In this document: one piece after another, positions 1 through 9,345 of the stretch
Numbering within the stretch: position 1 is the first letter of the stretch
Layout: each line of letters begins with the position of its first letter
Origin: Candidatus Vogelbacteria bacterium
Lineage (GTDB): Bacteria > Patescibacteriota > Minisyncoccia > Phycocordibacterales > XYD1-FULL-46-19
DNA: 64,000 bases
Assembly (NCBI GenBank): GCA_903878275.1
Contig: CAIRHC010000007.1
Coordinates: 78,482-142,481, forward strand
Direction of reading: 5' to 3'
Position numbers and translations under genes: made by a program
Notes under the pieces: model-generated
The model's database searches: none
Seen by the model: the letters and a program-made list of their open reading frames with translations, nothing else
What the model was told of the DNA's origin: nothing

Positions 1-29
1 CCAAAGATACTTCTTCAAGTAAGAAATAA
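1..29 (+). CDS. rpsS: probable 3' end of ribosomal protein S19 (partial)
   Basis: Open frame ...KDTSSSKK* directly upstream of rplV; identity from S10-operon synteny only. Confidence 0.4.
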
Positions 30-65
30 CTTTTAACTCAAAAATTTCTAAACTAATAAACTAAA

Positions 66-434
66 ATGAAAGCCTTTCTTAAAAATTATCGTGAAGCTCC
101 CCGCAAAGTTCGACTTGTGGCTGGCTTGGTGAAAGGCAAACCTGTCTCTGTCGCTATTTCCGAATTAAGTTTTTTAAGCAAGAAAGCTTCGTTGCCAATT
201 AAGAAATTGATTGATTCCGCTGTTGCCAACGCCAAAAATAATTTCAAAGCCAACACCGAAGATCTTTTTATAAAAAATATCACAATCAACAAAGGTAATG
301 TTTTGAAACGAAGTATGCCAATGTCTCGCGGTCGGGCGTTTCCGATTCACAAGCATATGAGCCACATCGAAGTGACTTTGGAAGAGAAAAAAGGGGCGAG
401 CAAGAAAGTTAAGCAAATTACTAAAAAGTGGTAG
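66..434 (+). CDS. rplV: 50S ribosomal protein L22
   Basis: APRKVRLVAGLVKGK, SAVANA, RGRAFPIHKHMSHI motifs; operon order. Confidence 0.97.
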   Translation: MKAFLKNYREAPRKVRLVAGLVKGKPVSVAISELSFLSKKASLPIKKLIDSAVANAKNNFKANTEDLFIKNITINKGNVLKRSMPMSRGRAFPIHKHMSHIEVTLEEKKGASKKVKQITKKW

Positions 435-452
435 AAATTTTTAAATAATATT

Positions 453-1118
453 ATGACCCATTGCGTCCATCCATATTCCCATAGATTAGGCATCATCCGA
501 GATTGGAAATCTCGCTGGTTTGGGGTGGGACGCAAATATCAAGAATTTTTAAAGACTGATATTTTGTTGCGAGAATTTTTGACCAAGCGTCTCCGCGGTT
601 TTTATGTGGATTCTCTCGAAATGGAACGCAGTCAAAATGCTTATAAAATTTTAATCAAGACTTCTCGCCCCGGTATGATTATCGGTCGCAACGGTGAAGG
701 TGTGACCAAACTTAAAGCTGATGTTTTGGCACAAATTCGAAAACTAAAAGTAGAATTGCCAAAAGAATTTCATATTGATATTGAAGAGGTGAAGGAGCCA
801 GAAGCTCACGCCGCCATCGTCGCCTATATGATTGCCGAGCAACTTGAAAAGCGTTTACCTTTCCGACGTGTTTTAAAGCAAACGGTTGAAAAAGTTTTGG
901 CGAGCCGAAGCGTCAAAGGAATCAAGATTGTTTTGTCCGGTCGTCTTGGTGGGGCTGATATGAGCCGAACTGAAATGCTTAAAAAAGGTCAAATTCCTTT
1001 GCAGACTTTCCGTGCTGATATTGATTTTGCCAAAGAAAAAGCCAATATGTATTACGGTGCCACTGGTATCAAGGTCTGGATTTACCGCGGAGAAATTTTT
1101 AATGAAAAAGCCAAATAA
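453..1118 (+). CDS. rpsC: 30S ribosomal protein S3
   Basis: HPYSHRLG, RPGMIIGRNG (KH domain), SGRLGGA, GIKVWIYRGE. Confidence 0.98.
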   Translation: MTHCVHPYSHRLGIIRDWKSRWFGVGRKYQEFLKTDILLREFLTKRLRGFYVDSLEMERSQNAYKILIKTSRPGMIIGRNGEGVTKLKADVLAQIRKLKVELPKEFHIDIEEVKEPEAHAAIVAYMIAEQLEKRLPFRRVLKQTVEKVLASRSVKGIKIVLSGRLGGADMSRTEMLKKGQIPLQTFRADIDFAKEKANMYYGATGIKVWIYRGEIFNEKAK

Positions 1119-1124
1119 AATATT

Positions 1125-1541
1125 ATGTTACTCCCGAAAAAAGTAAAATTCAGAAAGTGGCAAACAGATCGTGTCAATCCTAAAAAGAATCGATCAGATA
1201 CTCGAGGTATTACCTTGGCTTTTGGTTCGTATGGTTTGAAAGCGGAAACGGCTGGTCGCGTTCGTTCAAATCAAATTGAAGCCGCTCGTAAGACGATTGC
1301 TCGTCAGATGGGTAAGACTGGCAAACTTTGGATTCGGATTTTTCCGGACCGTCCTTTTACTGCCAAAGCCGCTGAAGTGGGTATGGGTAAAGGTAAGGGT
1401 GATCCACAAGGTTATCAGTTTCAAGTTTTGCCTGGACGGATGATTTTTGAAGTGGATGGTTTGACTGATGCGATTGCCCGTGAAGCGATGCGTAAAGCTG
1501 GTGCGAAATTACCCGTTAAGACTCGTATTGTAAAAAGGTAA
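1125..1541 (+). CDS. rplP: 50S ribosomal protein L16
   Basis: [33 protein letters not shown]. Confidence 0.98.
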   Translation: MLLPKKVKFRKWQTDRVNPKKNRSDTRGITLAFGSYGLKAETAGRVRSNQIEAARKTIARQMGKTGKLWIRIFPDRPFTAKAAEVGMGKGKGDPQGYQFQVLPGRMIFEVDGLTDAIAREAMRKAGAKLPVKTRIVKR

Positions 1542-1654
1542 TGAATAATACTTGTCCCGTTAAAATTTTACATTTAGTTAAATAAATGGTAGAAATGGAT
1601 GGCGGAAATTAGTTAAGAATAACCAAAAATATTAGAAAATAAAATTTTAATGGG

Positions 1655-1840
1655 ATGAAAAAAGTTAATTTTCAAGATAAAACCGAAAAAGAATTAATGA
1701 AATTGCTGAACGACAAGCGAGAGGCTTTTACAAAATTTAAATTTGGTATTTCTGGTAGTCGAACCAAAAATGTAAAAGAAGGTCGGACATTGCGTCGTGA
1801 AATGGCCTCGATTATTACCGCTCTTGGCAAAACCAAATAA
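1655..1840 (+). CDS. rpmC: 50S ribosomal protein L29
   Basis: 61-aa basic helical protein between rplP and rpsQ. Confidence 0.9.
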   Translation: MKKVNFQDKTEKELMKLLNDKREAFTKFKFGISGSRTKNVKEGRTLRREMASIITALGKTK

Positions 1841-1848
1841 TATATTTT

Positions 1849-2091
1849 ATGGAAAAAGTAACAAAAACAAAAATGTTGAAAGGGACGGTCGTTTCCGACA
1901 AGATGGACAAGACCGTCGTGGTTGCCGTCGAAGATTTTGTAAAACACCCAAAGTACGGTAAGTTTATGGTGCGCACTAAAAAATACAAAGCTCACGACCC
2001 AGAAAACAAGAGCAAGGTTGGAGCCGTTGTATTTATCAAAGAAGTCCGTCCAATTTCCAAAGACAAATGTTTTGAGGTCGTGTACAAATAA
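1849..2091 (+). CDS. rpsQ: 30S ribosomal protein S17
   Basis: [27 protein letters not shown]. Confidence 0.97.
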   Translation: MEKVTKTKMLKGTVVSDKMDKTVVVAVEDFVKHPKYGKFMVRTKKYKAHDPENKSKVGAVVFIKEVRPISKDKCFEVVYK

Positions 2092-2106
2092 TTCAGATAA
2101 AATAAT

Positions 2107-2478
2107 ATGATTCAACCACAATCCATTGTTAAAATCGCAGACAATTCCGGCGCCAAAATCGGACGGGTTTTTAAGATTCCGGGCGGTTCCAAAAAGCGCT
2201 ATGCTCAAATTGGTGAGTTGGTCATTTTGTCAGTGCAAATTGCCGAACCGCGCAAAGCGGTGAAAAAGAAAGAAGTTTTACGAGCGGTGGTTGTTCGTCA
2301 GCGAGCACCATTTCGTCGTGCCGATGGATCATATCTTCGCTTTGATGAAAATGCGGTGGTGGTTTTAGAAAAAGGTAAAATGGAACCAAAAGGTGGACGT
2401 ATTTTTGGACCAATTCCACGAGAAATTGCCGAACGAGGTTATCAGAAAATTGCGTCCTTGGCTCCAGAGGTTGTTTAA
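2107..2478 (+). CDS. rplN: 50S ribosomal protein L14
   Basis: MIQ...ADNSGAK, RFDENAVV, KIASLAPEVV. Confidence 0.98.
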   Translation: MIQPQSIVKIADNSGAKIGRVFKIPGGSKKRYAQIGELVILSVQIAEPRKAVKKKEVLRAVVVRQRAPFRRADGSYLRFDENAVVVLEKGKMEPKGGRIFGPIPREIAERGYQKIASLAPEVV

Positions 2479-2488
2479 TCCTACGAAT

Positions 2489-2794
2489 ATGAAAATCAAA
2501 AAGAACGACAATGTAATAATCATCACCGGCAAAGACAAAGGTCAAAAAGGCAAAGTCTTGAAGGTTTTTCGTGAGACGGAAAAAGTTTTGGTGGAAGGCG
2601 TCAATTTAAAAAAGAAACGACAACGCCCACGAAAACAAGGTGAAAAAGGTCAGACCATCGATATGCCACACCCAGTCAGTTTTTCGAATGTTGCCTTGTA
2701 TTGTTCGAGCTGTGGCAAAGGTGTCCGTGTCGGCTCGTCTTTAAACGGCAAGAAAAAAATTCGGGTTTGCAAAAAATGTGGCAAAGAAATATAA
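2489..2794 (+). CDS. rplX: 50S ribosomal protein L24
   Basis: Start reassigned to ATG 2489 (MKIKKNDNVIIITGKDKG, KOW motif); C-terminal CxxC...CxxC. Confidence 0.96.
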   Translation: MKIKKNDNVIIITGKDKGQKGKVLKVFRETEKVLVEGVNLKKKRQRPRKQGEKGQTIDMPHPVSFSNVALYCSSCGKGVRVGSSLNGKKKIRVCKKCGKEI

Positions 2795-2800
2795 AATCAT

Positions 2801-3349
2801 ATGAATACCTTAAAGCAGAAAATCGAAAAAATAATTCCGGAGCTTAAGAAAGAGCTTGGTGTTAAAAATGTTATGGCTGTACCACGAATTATGAAAGTGG
2901 TGGTCAATTCTGGTACCGGTAAGGCTAAAGATAAAAAAAGAAATGAATTGGTGGCGAATCGTCTGGCGAAAATCACTGGTCAAAAAGCTTCACCTCGTGG
3001 TTCTAAGCAATCTATCGCCAGCTTTAAAGTTCGTGAGGGAGATATCATCGGTTACTGTGTGACTTTGCGTGGTCAAAGAATGTACAGTTTTTTGGATATG
3101 CTTTTGAGTATCTCAATTCCTCGTATCCGTGACTTCAAAGGTTATGATGCTAAATGTATTGATGAAGTCGGCAATATGACCATCGGTATCAAAGAAAATG
3201 TTGTGTTTCCACAAACTGCCGACGAAGAACTAAAAGATGTTTTCGGTTTTTCCGTCACGATTGTGACCACCGCTAAAGACAAGAAGCAAGCCCTCGCATT
3301 TTTCAAAGCTATCGGTTTTCCTTTTAAGAAAGAGATTGCAAAGAAATAA
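2801..3349 (+). CDS. rplE: 50S ribosomal protein L5
   Basis: KVVVNSG, ITGQK, VTLRG, PRIRDFKG. Confidence 0.97.
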   Translation: MNTLKQKIEKIIPELKKELGVKNVMAVPRIMKVVVNSGTGKAKDKKRNELVANRLAKITGQKASPRGSKQSIASFKVREGDIIGYCVTLRGQRMYSFLDMLLSISIPRIRDFKGYDAKCIDEVGNMTIGIKENVVFPQTADEELKDVFGFSVTIVTTAKDKKQALAFFKAIGFPFKKEIAKK

Positions 3350-3360
3350 AATGAAAGACA

Positions 3361-3393
3361 AATACCGCCCGACTTTCCAGTCGGGCGGTATTT
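3361..3393. terminator. GC-rich hairpin after rplE (probable terminator)
   Basis: AATACCGCCCGACT-TTCC-AGTCGGGCGGTATT perfect stem. Confidence 0.75.
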
Positions 3394-3408
3394 GGTTATA
3401 ATACTATT

Positions 3409-3945
3409 ATGAAAATCGCTATTATCTCCGACACTCACGATAACGAGCTTCACGTTCAAAAATTTTTGACTTGGGCAAATGCCAATCAAATTGAAGGCAT
3501 TATTCATTGTGGTGATATCGCTCGTTCGGACACGTTGCATCTTTTACTCGACAACTTTAAAGGTTTGATTAAAGTGGTTTTTGGTAATGCCGAGCTGGAC
3601 AAGGTCGAAATGCTTAAACTTCCAGCCAAGCATCTCAATCTCGAGATTCATTCCGAAGAGGGGGAATGGACGGTCGGTAAATGGCGCCTGTATTTCACTC
3701 ATAAACCAGATCAGATAAATTCACTAGCTGAAAGTAAAAAATATGATTTTATCTTCTATGGACATACTCACAAGCCGTGGATTACCGAAAAAGCGGGGGT
3801 CTGGTTGGTAAATCCTGGGACACTGTCTGGTGCTCTGGAGCATACCAGTTTTGCCGTTTGGGACAGCGAGACCGGTAAGGTGGAATTGAAGGTTTTGGAC
3901 CAGGTGGTGCCCACCCAAAATGAAATGAAGCCACCTCTTATTTAG
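3409..3945 (+). CDS. YfcE/MJ0936-like calcineurin-like metallophosphoesterase
   Basis: ISDTH, HCGD, GNAE, FTH, GHTH, NPG motifs. Confidence 0.92.
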   Translation: MKIAIISDTHDNELHVQKFLTWANANQIEGIIHCGDIARSDTLHLLLDNFKGLIKVVFGNAELDKVEMLKLPAKHLNLEIHSEEGEWTVGKWRLYFTHKPDQINSLAESKKYDFIFYGHTHKPWITEKAGVWLVNPGTLSGALEHTSFAVWDSETGKVELKVLDQVVPTQNEMKPPLI

Positions 3946-4024
3946 GGGGTTTCGAGGCTGTCGAGCCGAGAATTTCAGGATTTTTTAAGCTTCGAAAAAT
4001 CTGTACCCTAAATAAGAGGGTGGC
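3930..4024. repeat. MITE-like element: ~18-bp terminal inverted repeats enclosing two hairpins
   Basis: GCCACC-TCTTATTTAGGG (3930-3947) / CCCTAAATAAGAGGGTGGC (4006-4024); contains the phosphoesterase stop codon. Confidence 0.6.
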
Positions 4025-4068
4025 AAGTGAACATTTTGTGGCTGGGCACTAGATATTGCTAGTTTTCG

Positions 4069-4097
4069 TTGACAGGCAAGGCTCTTCTTGCTAGGAT
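4069..4097 (+). promoter_or_regulatory. sigma70 promoter upstream of rpsN
   Basis: TTGACA-17 nt-TAGGAT with extended TG. Confidence 0.7.
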
Positions 4098-4132
4098 AGA
4101 AAGTGGCTCTTAGGAGCCTTATTAATTTATTT

Positions 4133-4318
4133 ATGGCTAAAAAATCCGTTATTGCCCGGGCTCAAAAGACCCCAAAATTTGCTTCGCGCGTCGTGCGCCG
4201 TTGCTTTAAATGTGGTCGCAAAAGAGCCTATATGCGAGATTTTGGCTTGTGTCGTATTTGTTTCCGAGAGTTAGCCAATGAGGGCAAAATTCCAGGAGTA
4301 AGAAAATCATCATGGTAA
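4133..4318 (+). CDS. rpsN: 30S ribosomal protein S14, zinc-binding (type Z)
   Basis: ATG 4133, MAKKS...RCFKCGR...[10 protein letters not shown]...PGVRKSSW. Confidence 0.97.
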   Translation: MAKKSVIARAQKTPKFASRVVRRCFKCGRKRAYMRDFGLCRICFRELANEGKIPGVRKSSW

Positions 4319-4704
4319 CAGACCCAATCGCCGATTTTTTGGTTCAATTAAAAAACGCCAGTTCTGCCAAGAAAGAATATGTGGTGGCGCCTTTTTCTAA
4401 TGTTAAGATGGAAATCGCCAAGCTTTTAGAAAGAGAGGGTTATATTCAAAATGTTTCGCAAAAAGGGAAAAAAGTTAAAAAATATTTATACTGTGAATTG
4501 GTCTATGGCGAAAAAAGTCCAAAGATCAATGAATTCAAAAGAGTGTCCAAGACTTCCCGCCGAGTTTATGTCGGAGTTCACGATTTAAAACCAGTTCGAC
4601 AAGGTTTTGGTTTGGCGGTGGTTTCGACCTCAAAAGGTCTGATGACTTCCGGTGAAGCCCGAAGGGAAAAGATTGGTGGAGAATTAATGTTTAATCTTTG
4701 GTAA
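4312..4704 (+). CDS. rpsH: 30S ribosomal protein S8
   Basis: TDPIADF, EGYI, STSKGLM, IGGE. Confidence 0.97.
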   Translation: MVTDPIADFLVQLKNASSAKKEYVVAPFSNVKMEIAKLLEREGYIQNVSQKGKKVKKYLYCELVYGEKSPKINEFKRVSKTSRRVYVGVHDLKPVRQGFGLAVVSTSKGLMTSGEARREKIGGELMFNLW

Positions 4705-4714
4705 AAATAATTTT

Positions 4715-5251
4715 ATGTCACGAATCGCCAAACAACAAATTACCTTGCCGGAAAATACCACTGCGACTATCGCTGATGGTACTTTTGCGGTAAAAGGGAA
4801 GCTTGGCGCATTGAGTCGTTTGTTTCGTCGTGAAGTAAAAATTTCTATCGAGGGTTCGGAAGTCAAAGTTGATCCAGTCGGCAAATCTATTACCGCCAAT
4901 GCGATGTCTGGCACGACGGCTTCTCATATTAAAAATATGATTGAAGGTGTGTCGAAAGGTTTTGAAAAGAAATTGATTATCGAGGGCGTCGGTCTTCGTT
5001 ATAATTTAAATGGTAATAAAATCAAATTAGATATTGGTTTTTCTCATCCGGTTGAAGTGGAGATTCCTGATGGTTTGAAAGTGGTGATTGAAAAAAGCAA
5101 TATGACCATTACCGGTTTTGACAAAGAGTTGGTCGGTAGTTTTGCCGCCAAGCTTCGTTCCCTGAAAAAAGCCGAACCATATAAAGGTAAAGGTATTCGT
5201 TATTCTGACGAGGTCGTTCGACGTAAACAAGGTAAGAAAGCCAGTGCCTAA
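4715..5251 (+). CDS. rplF: 50S ribosomal protein L6
   Basis: MSRIAK, GFSHPV, EPYKGKGIRY. Confidence 0.98.
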   Translation: MSRIAKQQITLPENTTATIADGTFAVKGKLGALSRLFRREVKISIEGSEVKVDPVGKSITANAMSGTTASHIKNMIEGVSKGFEKKLIIEGVGLRYNLNGNKIKLDIGFSHPVEVEIPDGLKVVIEKSNMTITGFDKELVGSFAAKLRSLKKAEPYKGKGIRYSDEVVRRKQGKKASA

Positions 5252-5259
5252 AAACTAAT

Positions 5260-5634
5260 ATGAAAGTCATCCGATTTAAAACTCAAAAAGAAAAAAACAC
5301 TCGTCGACATTTGCGTGTGCGAGCGAAAGTTTCTGGTACCGCGGAAAAGCCTCGCTTGTCGGTTTTTCGTTCCAATAAAAATGTTTTTGTTCAGCTGATC
5401 GATGACGCTTCTGGTAAGACCTTAGTTTCAGCCAGTAATACCGAATTGAAAGCCAAGAAAAGTGCCGATGCTTTTGTCAAAGTTTTTCAAGCCAATGAGG
5501 TTGGAAAATTGATTGCCGAAAAAGCGGTCGCCAAAAGTATTACCAAGGCTGTCTTTGATCGTGGCGGTTATCGTTTTTCCGGTCGGGTAAAAGCGGTGGC
5601 GGAGGGTGCTCGTGACGGCGGATTGACTATTTAA
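5260..5634 (+). CDS. rplR: 50S ribosomal protein L18
   Basis: PRLSVFRSNK, QLIDD, FDRGGYRFSGRV. Confidence 0.97.
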   Translation: MKVIRFKTQKEKNTRRHLRVRAKVSGTAEKPRLSVFRSNKNVFVQLIDDASGKTLVSASNTELKAKKSADAFVKVFQANEVGKLIAEKAVAKSITKAVFDRGGYRFSGRVKAVAEGARDGGLTI

Positions 5635-5642
5635 AAAAAATT

Positions 5643-6212
5643 ATGGAAACCACTAAACCAACAACAACCAATAGACCACAGACCGGAGGTTTTGCTAGTC
5701 GCAAACCAGAAGGTTTTCGCCCGCGCCGATCTGGCGGTGATCGAAAATTTACCGAACGAGAAAAACCAGAATTTGACCATAAAGTCATCAATGTTCGTCG
5801 GGTGGCGCGTGTTGTCGCCGGCGGTCGTCGTTTTAGTTTCTCGGTCGTTGTTGTGGCTGGTGATCGTAAAGGGCGAGTTGGCGTTGGTATCGGCAAGGCT
5901 GGTGATACTTCGCTTGCCATTGAAAAAGCTCTAAACAAAGCGAAGAAAGAGATGATTCGCGTGCCTTTGACCGACAACAAATCAATTGCTCACGAAGTTG
6001 AAGCCAAATTTAAAGCCGCTCATATCATTATTCGTCCAGCCAAAGGACGAGGTTTGATTGCTGGTAGTTCGGTTCGCGTTTTGCTCAATTTGGCTGGCGT
6101 CAAAGATGTGAATGCAAAAATTTCTTCACGCAGTAAAGATAAATTAAATATTGCTCGGGCGACCATTATTGCTTTGTCTAGTTTGCCGAAGACCAATACA
6201 AAATCTGCCTAA
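5643..6212 (+). CDS. rpsE: 30S ribosomal protein S5
   Basis: RRVARVVAGGRRFSF, GRVGVGIGKA. Confidence 0.97.
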   Translation: METTKPTTTNRPQTGGFASRKPEGFRPRRSGGDRKFTEREKPEFDHKVINVRRVARVVAGGRRFSFSVVVVAGDRKGRVGVGIGKAGDTSLAIEKALNKAKKEMIRVPLTDNKSIAHEVEAKFKAAHIIIRPAKGRGLIAGSSVRVLLNLAGVKDVNAKISSRSKDKLNIARATIIALSSLPKTNTKSA

Positions 6213-6232
6213 AGAAAAATAATTTTAATACT

Positions 6233-6664
6233 ATGCAACTACACGAATTAAAACGAAAAAATAAAAACAAGACCAAAAAAATAATTGGTCGTGGCGGTAA
6301 GCGTGGCACGACTTCTGGTCGGGGAACCAAGGGTCAGAAAGCTCGGGCTGGACGCAAGCTCCATCCGGAAATTCGTGATATGATTAAGAAGATTCCAAAA
6401 CTTCGAGGTTATCGTTTTGGGACCGTTGAGCCAAAAGCTTTTCCCTTAAATCTTTATATGATTGAGCGGACTTATTCGGCTGGTGAGACCGTTTCGCCTC
6501 AAACTTTGGTGCTCAAAAAAGTGATGACCAAAAGTGGCGGTAAATTCCCAGAAGTCAAAGTTCTCGGCTCTGGTAGTTTGACCAAAAAAATCATTGTGGC
6601 TGGTTGCGAAGTTTCGGCTTCGGCTCGGGAAAAAATCGAAAAAGTGGGCGGGGAAATAAAATAA
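6233..6664 (+). CDS. rplO: 50S ribosomal protein L15
   Basis: GRGGKRGTTSGRGTKGQKAR; follows rpsE directly, with no rpmD between. Confidence 0.96.
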   Translation: MQLHELKRKNKNKTKKIIGRGGKRGTTSGRGTKGQKARAGRKLHPEIRDMIKKIPKLRGYRFGTVEPKAFPLNLYMIERTYSAGETVSPQTLVLKKVMTKSGGKFPEVKVLGSGSLTKKIIVAGCEVSASAREKIEKVGGEIK

Positions 6665-6665
6665 T

Positions 6666-7937
6666 ATGTTGACAGCATTTTTTAATAAACTCAATTTAAT
6701 CTTAAGCGACAAAAGTTTAAGAGGCAGAATCCTGTTTATTGTTGGTGCTTTGGCTGTTTTTCGTTTTTGTGCCGCTATTCCAATTCCTGGTGTTAATGTT
6801 TTACAGCTTGAGAAATTTTTAAGCAACAACCAGTTTTTTGGTTTGTTGAATATTTTGTCTGGTGGTGGTTTGTCCAATCTTTCAATTATGATGCTTGGTG
6901 TCGGGCCGTTTATTACGGCGTCGATTATTATGCAACTTTTGACGATGGTTTCGCCGAAATTGAAGCAACTTTACCACGAAGAAGGACAAATGGGGCGACG
7001 TAAAATTGCCCAATACTCTCGTTTGCTGACTGTTCCGCTTGCTTTTTTGCAAGGTCTCGGTTACTTGGTCTTGCTCGAAAAACAAGGTATTTTGATGAAT
7101 CTAACTAGTTTTGAAAAATTAATAAACATTATCGTCATCGTCGCTGGCTCACTTTTGATTATGTGGATTGGTGAATTGATTACCGAATACGGTATTGGCA
7201 ACGGTGTCTCGATGATTATCTTCTCTGGTATCGTGTCTCGTTTGCCGTCGGCGATGTCTGAACTCGCCGTGACTTTTGAACCATCCCAAGCCCCAATGCT
7301 CCTTGGTTTTGGCGTGCTTATTGTGCTGGTCTTGGCGGGCATTGTTTTTATGACCGAAGCCGAGCGACCAATTCCGATTACTTATGCCAAGCGGGTGCGG
7401 GGGATGAAAGTTTATGGTGGCACTTCCACTTATTTACCGATTCGCGTCAATAATGCTGGTGTGATGCCGATTATCTTTGCTTTGTCGATTATTTTGTTCC
7501 CGCAAATGATTGCCAATTTTTTGGGTGCTTATGGTGGTGCCACCAAAACAGTTGCTGATTTTCTCAATGCCTTTTTTGCCAATCAATGGTTTTACGGCGC
7601 CTCTTATTTCTTGTTGGTCTTTGTCTTTACCTATTTTTATTCCGCGATTACTTTCGATCCAGAATCAATGGCGGTCAATTTGCAGAAAAATGGTGCTTTT
7701 ATCCCTGGTGTTCGTCCTGGTAAACCAACCGAAGAATATGTGACTAAGATTTTGACTCGTTTGACTTTGGTCGGCGCACTTTTCTTGGGTACGGTGGCGT
7801 TGTTGCCGATTATCCTCAAAGGTTTGACCGGTATTGCTACTCTGGCGATTGGCGGAACTAGTATTTTGATCGTCGTCTCGGTGGCGATTGAACTAGTGAA
7901 GCAGATCAATGCGCAGATTTCGATGAGAGAATATTAG
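6666..7937 (+). CDS. secY: preprotein translocase subunit SecY
   Basis: LGVGPFITASIIMQLL, GIGNGVSMII, NAGVMPIIFA, FIPGVRPG, GGTSILIVV. Confidence 0.99.
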   Translation: MLTAFFNKLNLILSDKSLRGRILFIVGALAVFRFCAAIPIPGVNVLQLEKFLSNNQFFGLLNILSGGGLSNLSIMMLGVGPFITASIIMQLLTMVSPKLKQLYHEEGQMGRRKIAQYSRLLTVPLAFLQGLGYLVLLEKQGILMNLTSFEKLINIIVIVAGSLLIMWIGELITEYGIGNGVSMIIFSGIVSRLPSAMSELAVTFEPSQAPMLLGFGVLIVLVLAGIVFMTEAERPIPITYAKRVRGMKVYGGTSTYLPIRVNNAGVMPIIFALSIILFPQMIANFLGAYGGATKTVADFLNAFFANQWFYGASYFLLVFVFTYFYSAITFDPESMAVNLQKNGAFIPGVRPGKPTEEYVTKILTRLTLVGALFLGTVALLPIILKGLTGIATLAIGGTSILIVVSVAIELVKQINAQISMREY

Positions 7938-7944
7938 AGAGGGT

Positions 7945-8114
7945 AGGCATTTGAGTGTAACTTTTAAAACCACAGAAAAAGCCCCAGCGGGGCTTTTTCC
8001 TTTGCTTCAAGTCGCCATTTCGCCCTCGTTCGCCAAAGGCGAACAAAAACAAAGGGCGAAAACCATGCTGGCGATAATTCCGCAGAGGTTTTTAAAAGTT
8101 ACACTCAAATGCCT
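7945..8114. repeat. 170-bp multi-stem element with perfect 25-bp terminal inverted repeats (MITE-like or structured RNA)
   Basis: AGGCATTTGAGTGTAACTTTTAAAA (7945-7969) and exact reverse complement (8090-8114); inner hairpins GAAAAAGCCCC-AGC-GGGGCTTTTTC and TTTCGCCCT..AGGGCGAAA. Confidence 0.75.
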
Positions 8115-8139
8115 TGTGGTGTGGGAAGGTTGGAGGCTA

Positions 8140-8169
8140 AAACCGCCCGAGGCAAGCCTCGGGCGGTTT
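8140..8169. repeat. palindrome family CCGCCCGAGGC-AA-GCCTCGGGCGG, copy 1
   Basis: Related copies at 8879-8906, 9763-9790, 12654-12687, 19757-19791. Confidence 0.85.
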
Positions 8170-8171
8170 AG

Positions 8172-8229
8172 TTATCCACCGTTATCTTTCCAAAAATCTA
8201 GCGGGGGGGGGGGCTTTATTTGTTATACT
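8172..8229 (+). promoter_or_regulatory. promoter with DnaA-box-like site, G11 tract and extended -10
   Basis: TTATCCACC 8172-8180; G11 8203-8213; TG-T-TATACT 8221-8229. Confidence 0.65.
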
Positions 8230-8294
8230 AAAATTAATTATTAGTTTTTTAACAATTAATCAGGTTGGTCTTTGAAAAGGCTGACCAAAAAATA

Positions 8295-8849
8295 ATGAAA
8301 AAATATCTTTTTGTCTCATTAGTTGTCGCTTCTTTTGTAATTTTGCCGGTGTTTGCCTCGGCACAAGCAGTTTCGTATCATCCAGCGGATACGAATAATA
8401 ATTATAAAATAGAGAAGGATGAATTGGTCTCATACGTTATCTCGTTTCTTTCGCCGACCGGTACCCTTGTTGGGGTGACTTTGTCTCAACTTGCACGAGT
8501 TGTTACTTTCTACAATGCTGGAGGTTATAAAGTTTATAATGGTACTAGCGATGGTTTTGCTCCTAGCCCAGCTTTTCACCCGGCTGATACCAATAAAAAC
8601 TATAAAATAGAATTATCCGAGCTGAATGCTTATCGAGAACTTTATAATCAAAAAATGATAACTTTAACTCAAGTATCAAGGGCAATTACTTTTTATAATG
8701 CCGGAGCTTATAAAGTTGATCCTAGTTCATCTGATGGGTTTGCTCCTCGACGAGTTGTGGTTAGCGAATCAGCCAATAGTGCTCAATTGGCAAGTATTGT
8801 GACCGCGCTGTCTTCTCTGTTGAATGAAATTAAGCAACTTGCAAAATAA
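8295..8849 (+). CDS. secreted protein with two EF-hand/dockerin-like repeats
   Basis: Signal peptide MKKYLFVSLVV..ASA; repeat HPADTNxNYKIE...TFYNAGxYKV...SDGFAP x2; C-terminal QLASIVTALSSLL helix. Confidence 0.75.
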   Translation: MKKYLFVSLVVASFVILPVFASAQAVSYHPADTNNNYKIEKDELVSYVISFLSPTGTLVGVTLSQLARVVTFYNAGGYKVYNGTSDGFAPSPAFHPADTNKNYKIELSELNAYRELYNQKMITLTQVSRAITFYNAGAYKVDPSSSDGFAPRRVVVSESANSAQLASIVTALSSLLNEIKQLAK

Positions 8850-8878
8850 AACTAAATAAGATTAAGAAATGGAAAAAT

Positions 8879-8906
8879 AACCGCCCGAGGCAAGCCTCGG
8901 GCGGTT
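8879..8906. repeat. palindrome family copy 2 (terminator-like, left flank of MNT-HEPN)
   Basis: AACCGCCCGAGGC-AA-GCCTCGGGCGGTT. Confidence 0.85.
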
Positions 8907-8940
8907 TGTGTTGCCAGAGCATTTTTTGTATACTAGAAAT

Positions 8941-9345
8941 ATGGAGATAACTCACCAACATAAGCTTGAAGTTGCTAAAATTGCCAAAAAATTCCAATTA
9001 AATCTAGTTGTTATTTTTGGTTCTTTTGCTAATGGAAAACAGCGAGAAGATAGCGATTTAGATATTGCCGTTTTGGGCGACAAAGAAATTTCTTTTAATG
9101 AGCAAATCGGCTTAATAAATGAATTATCTTTAATTTTTAATAAAAACATTGACTTGTCGGTGCTAAACCGAGCGAATCCACTACTACTTTTTCAAGTTAG
9201 CCAGAATTCGGTTATTATTTATGGCAGTCACGAAGAATTTTTGAAGTTTAAACTTTACGCTTTCAATGTCTACAATGATTATGCTCCCTATTTTGCGATG
9301 GAAAATAATTTGAATAAAAAAATAATCAATACTTATGCCAATTGA
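8941..9345 (+). CDS. MntA-type minimal nucleotidyltransferase antitoxin
   Basis: GSFANGKQREDSDLD (GSx10DxD); start reassigned to ATG 8941, 6 nt after TATACT. Confidence 0.88.
   Translation: MEITHQHKLEVAKIAKKFQLNLVVIFGSFANGKQREDSDLDIAVLGDKEISFNEQIGLINELSLIFNKNIDLSVLNRANPLLLFQVSQNSVIIYGSHEEFLKFKLYAFNVYNDYAPYFAMENNLNKKIINTYAN

Noticed and set aside
1542-1654. Regulatory RNA in the long rplP-rpmC spacer
   Set aside because: AT-rich with no convincing stem; the short TACTTGTCC match to ~48000 is compatible with chance.
7951-8244. 97-aa ORF, and similar ORFs at 39786-40049, 55201-55410, 61291-61582 and the 50842-50994 extension
   Set aside because: They are translations of palindromes or tandem repeats with no protein motifs or plausible starts.
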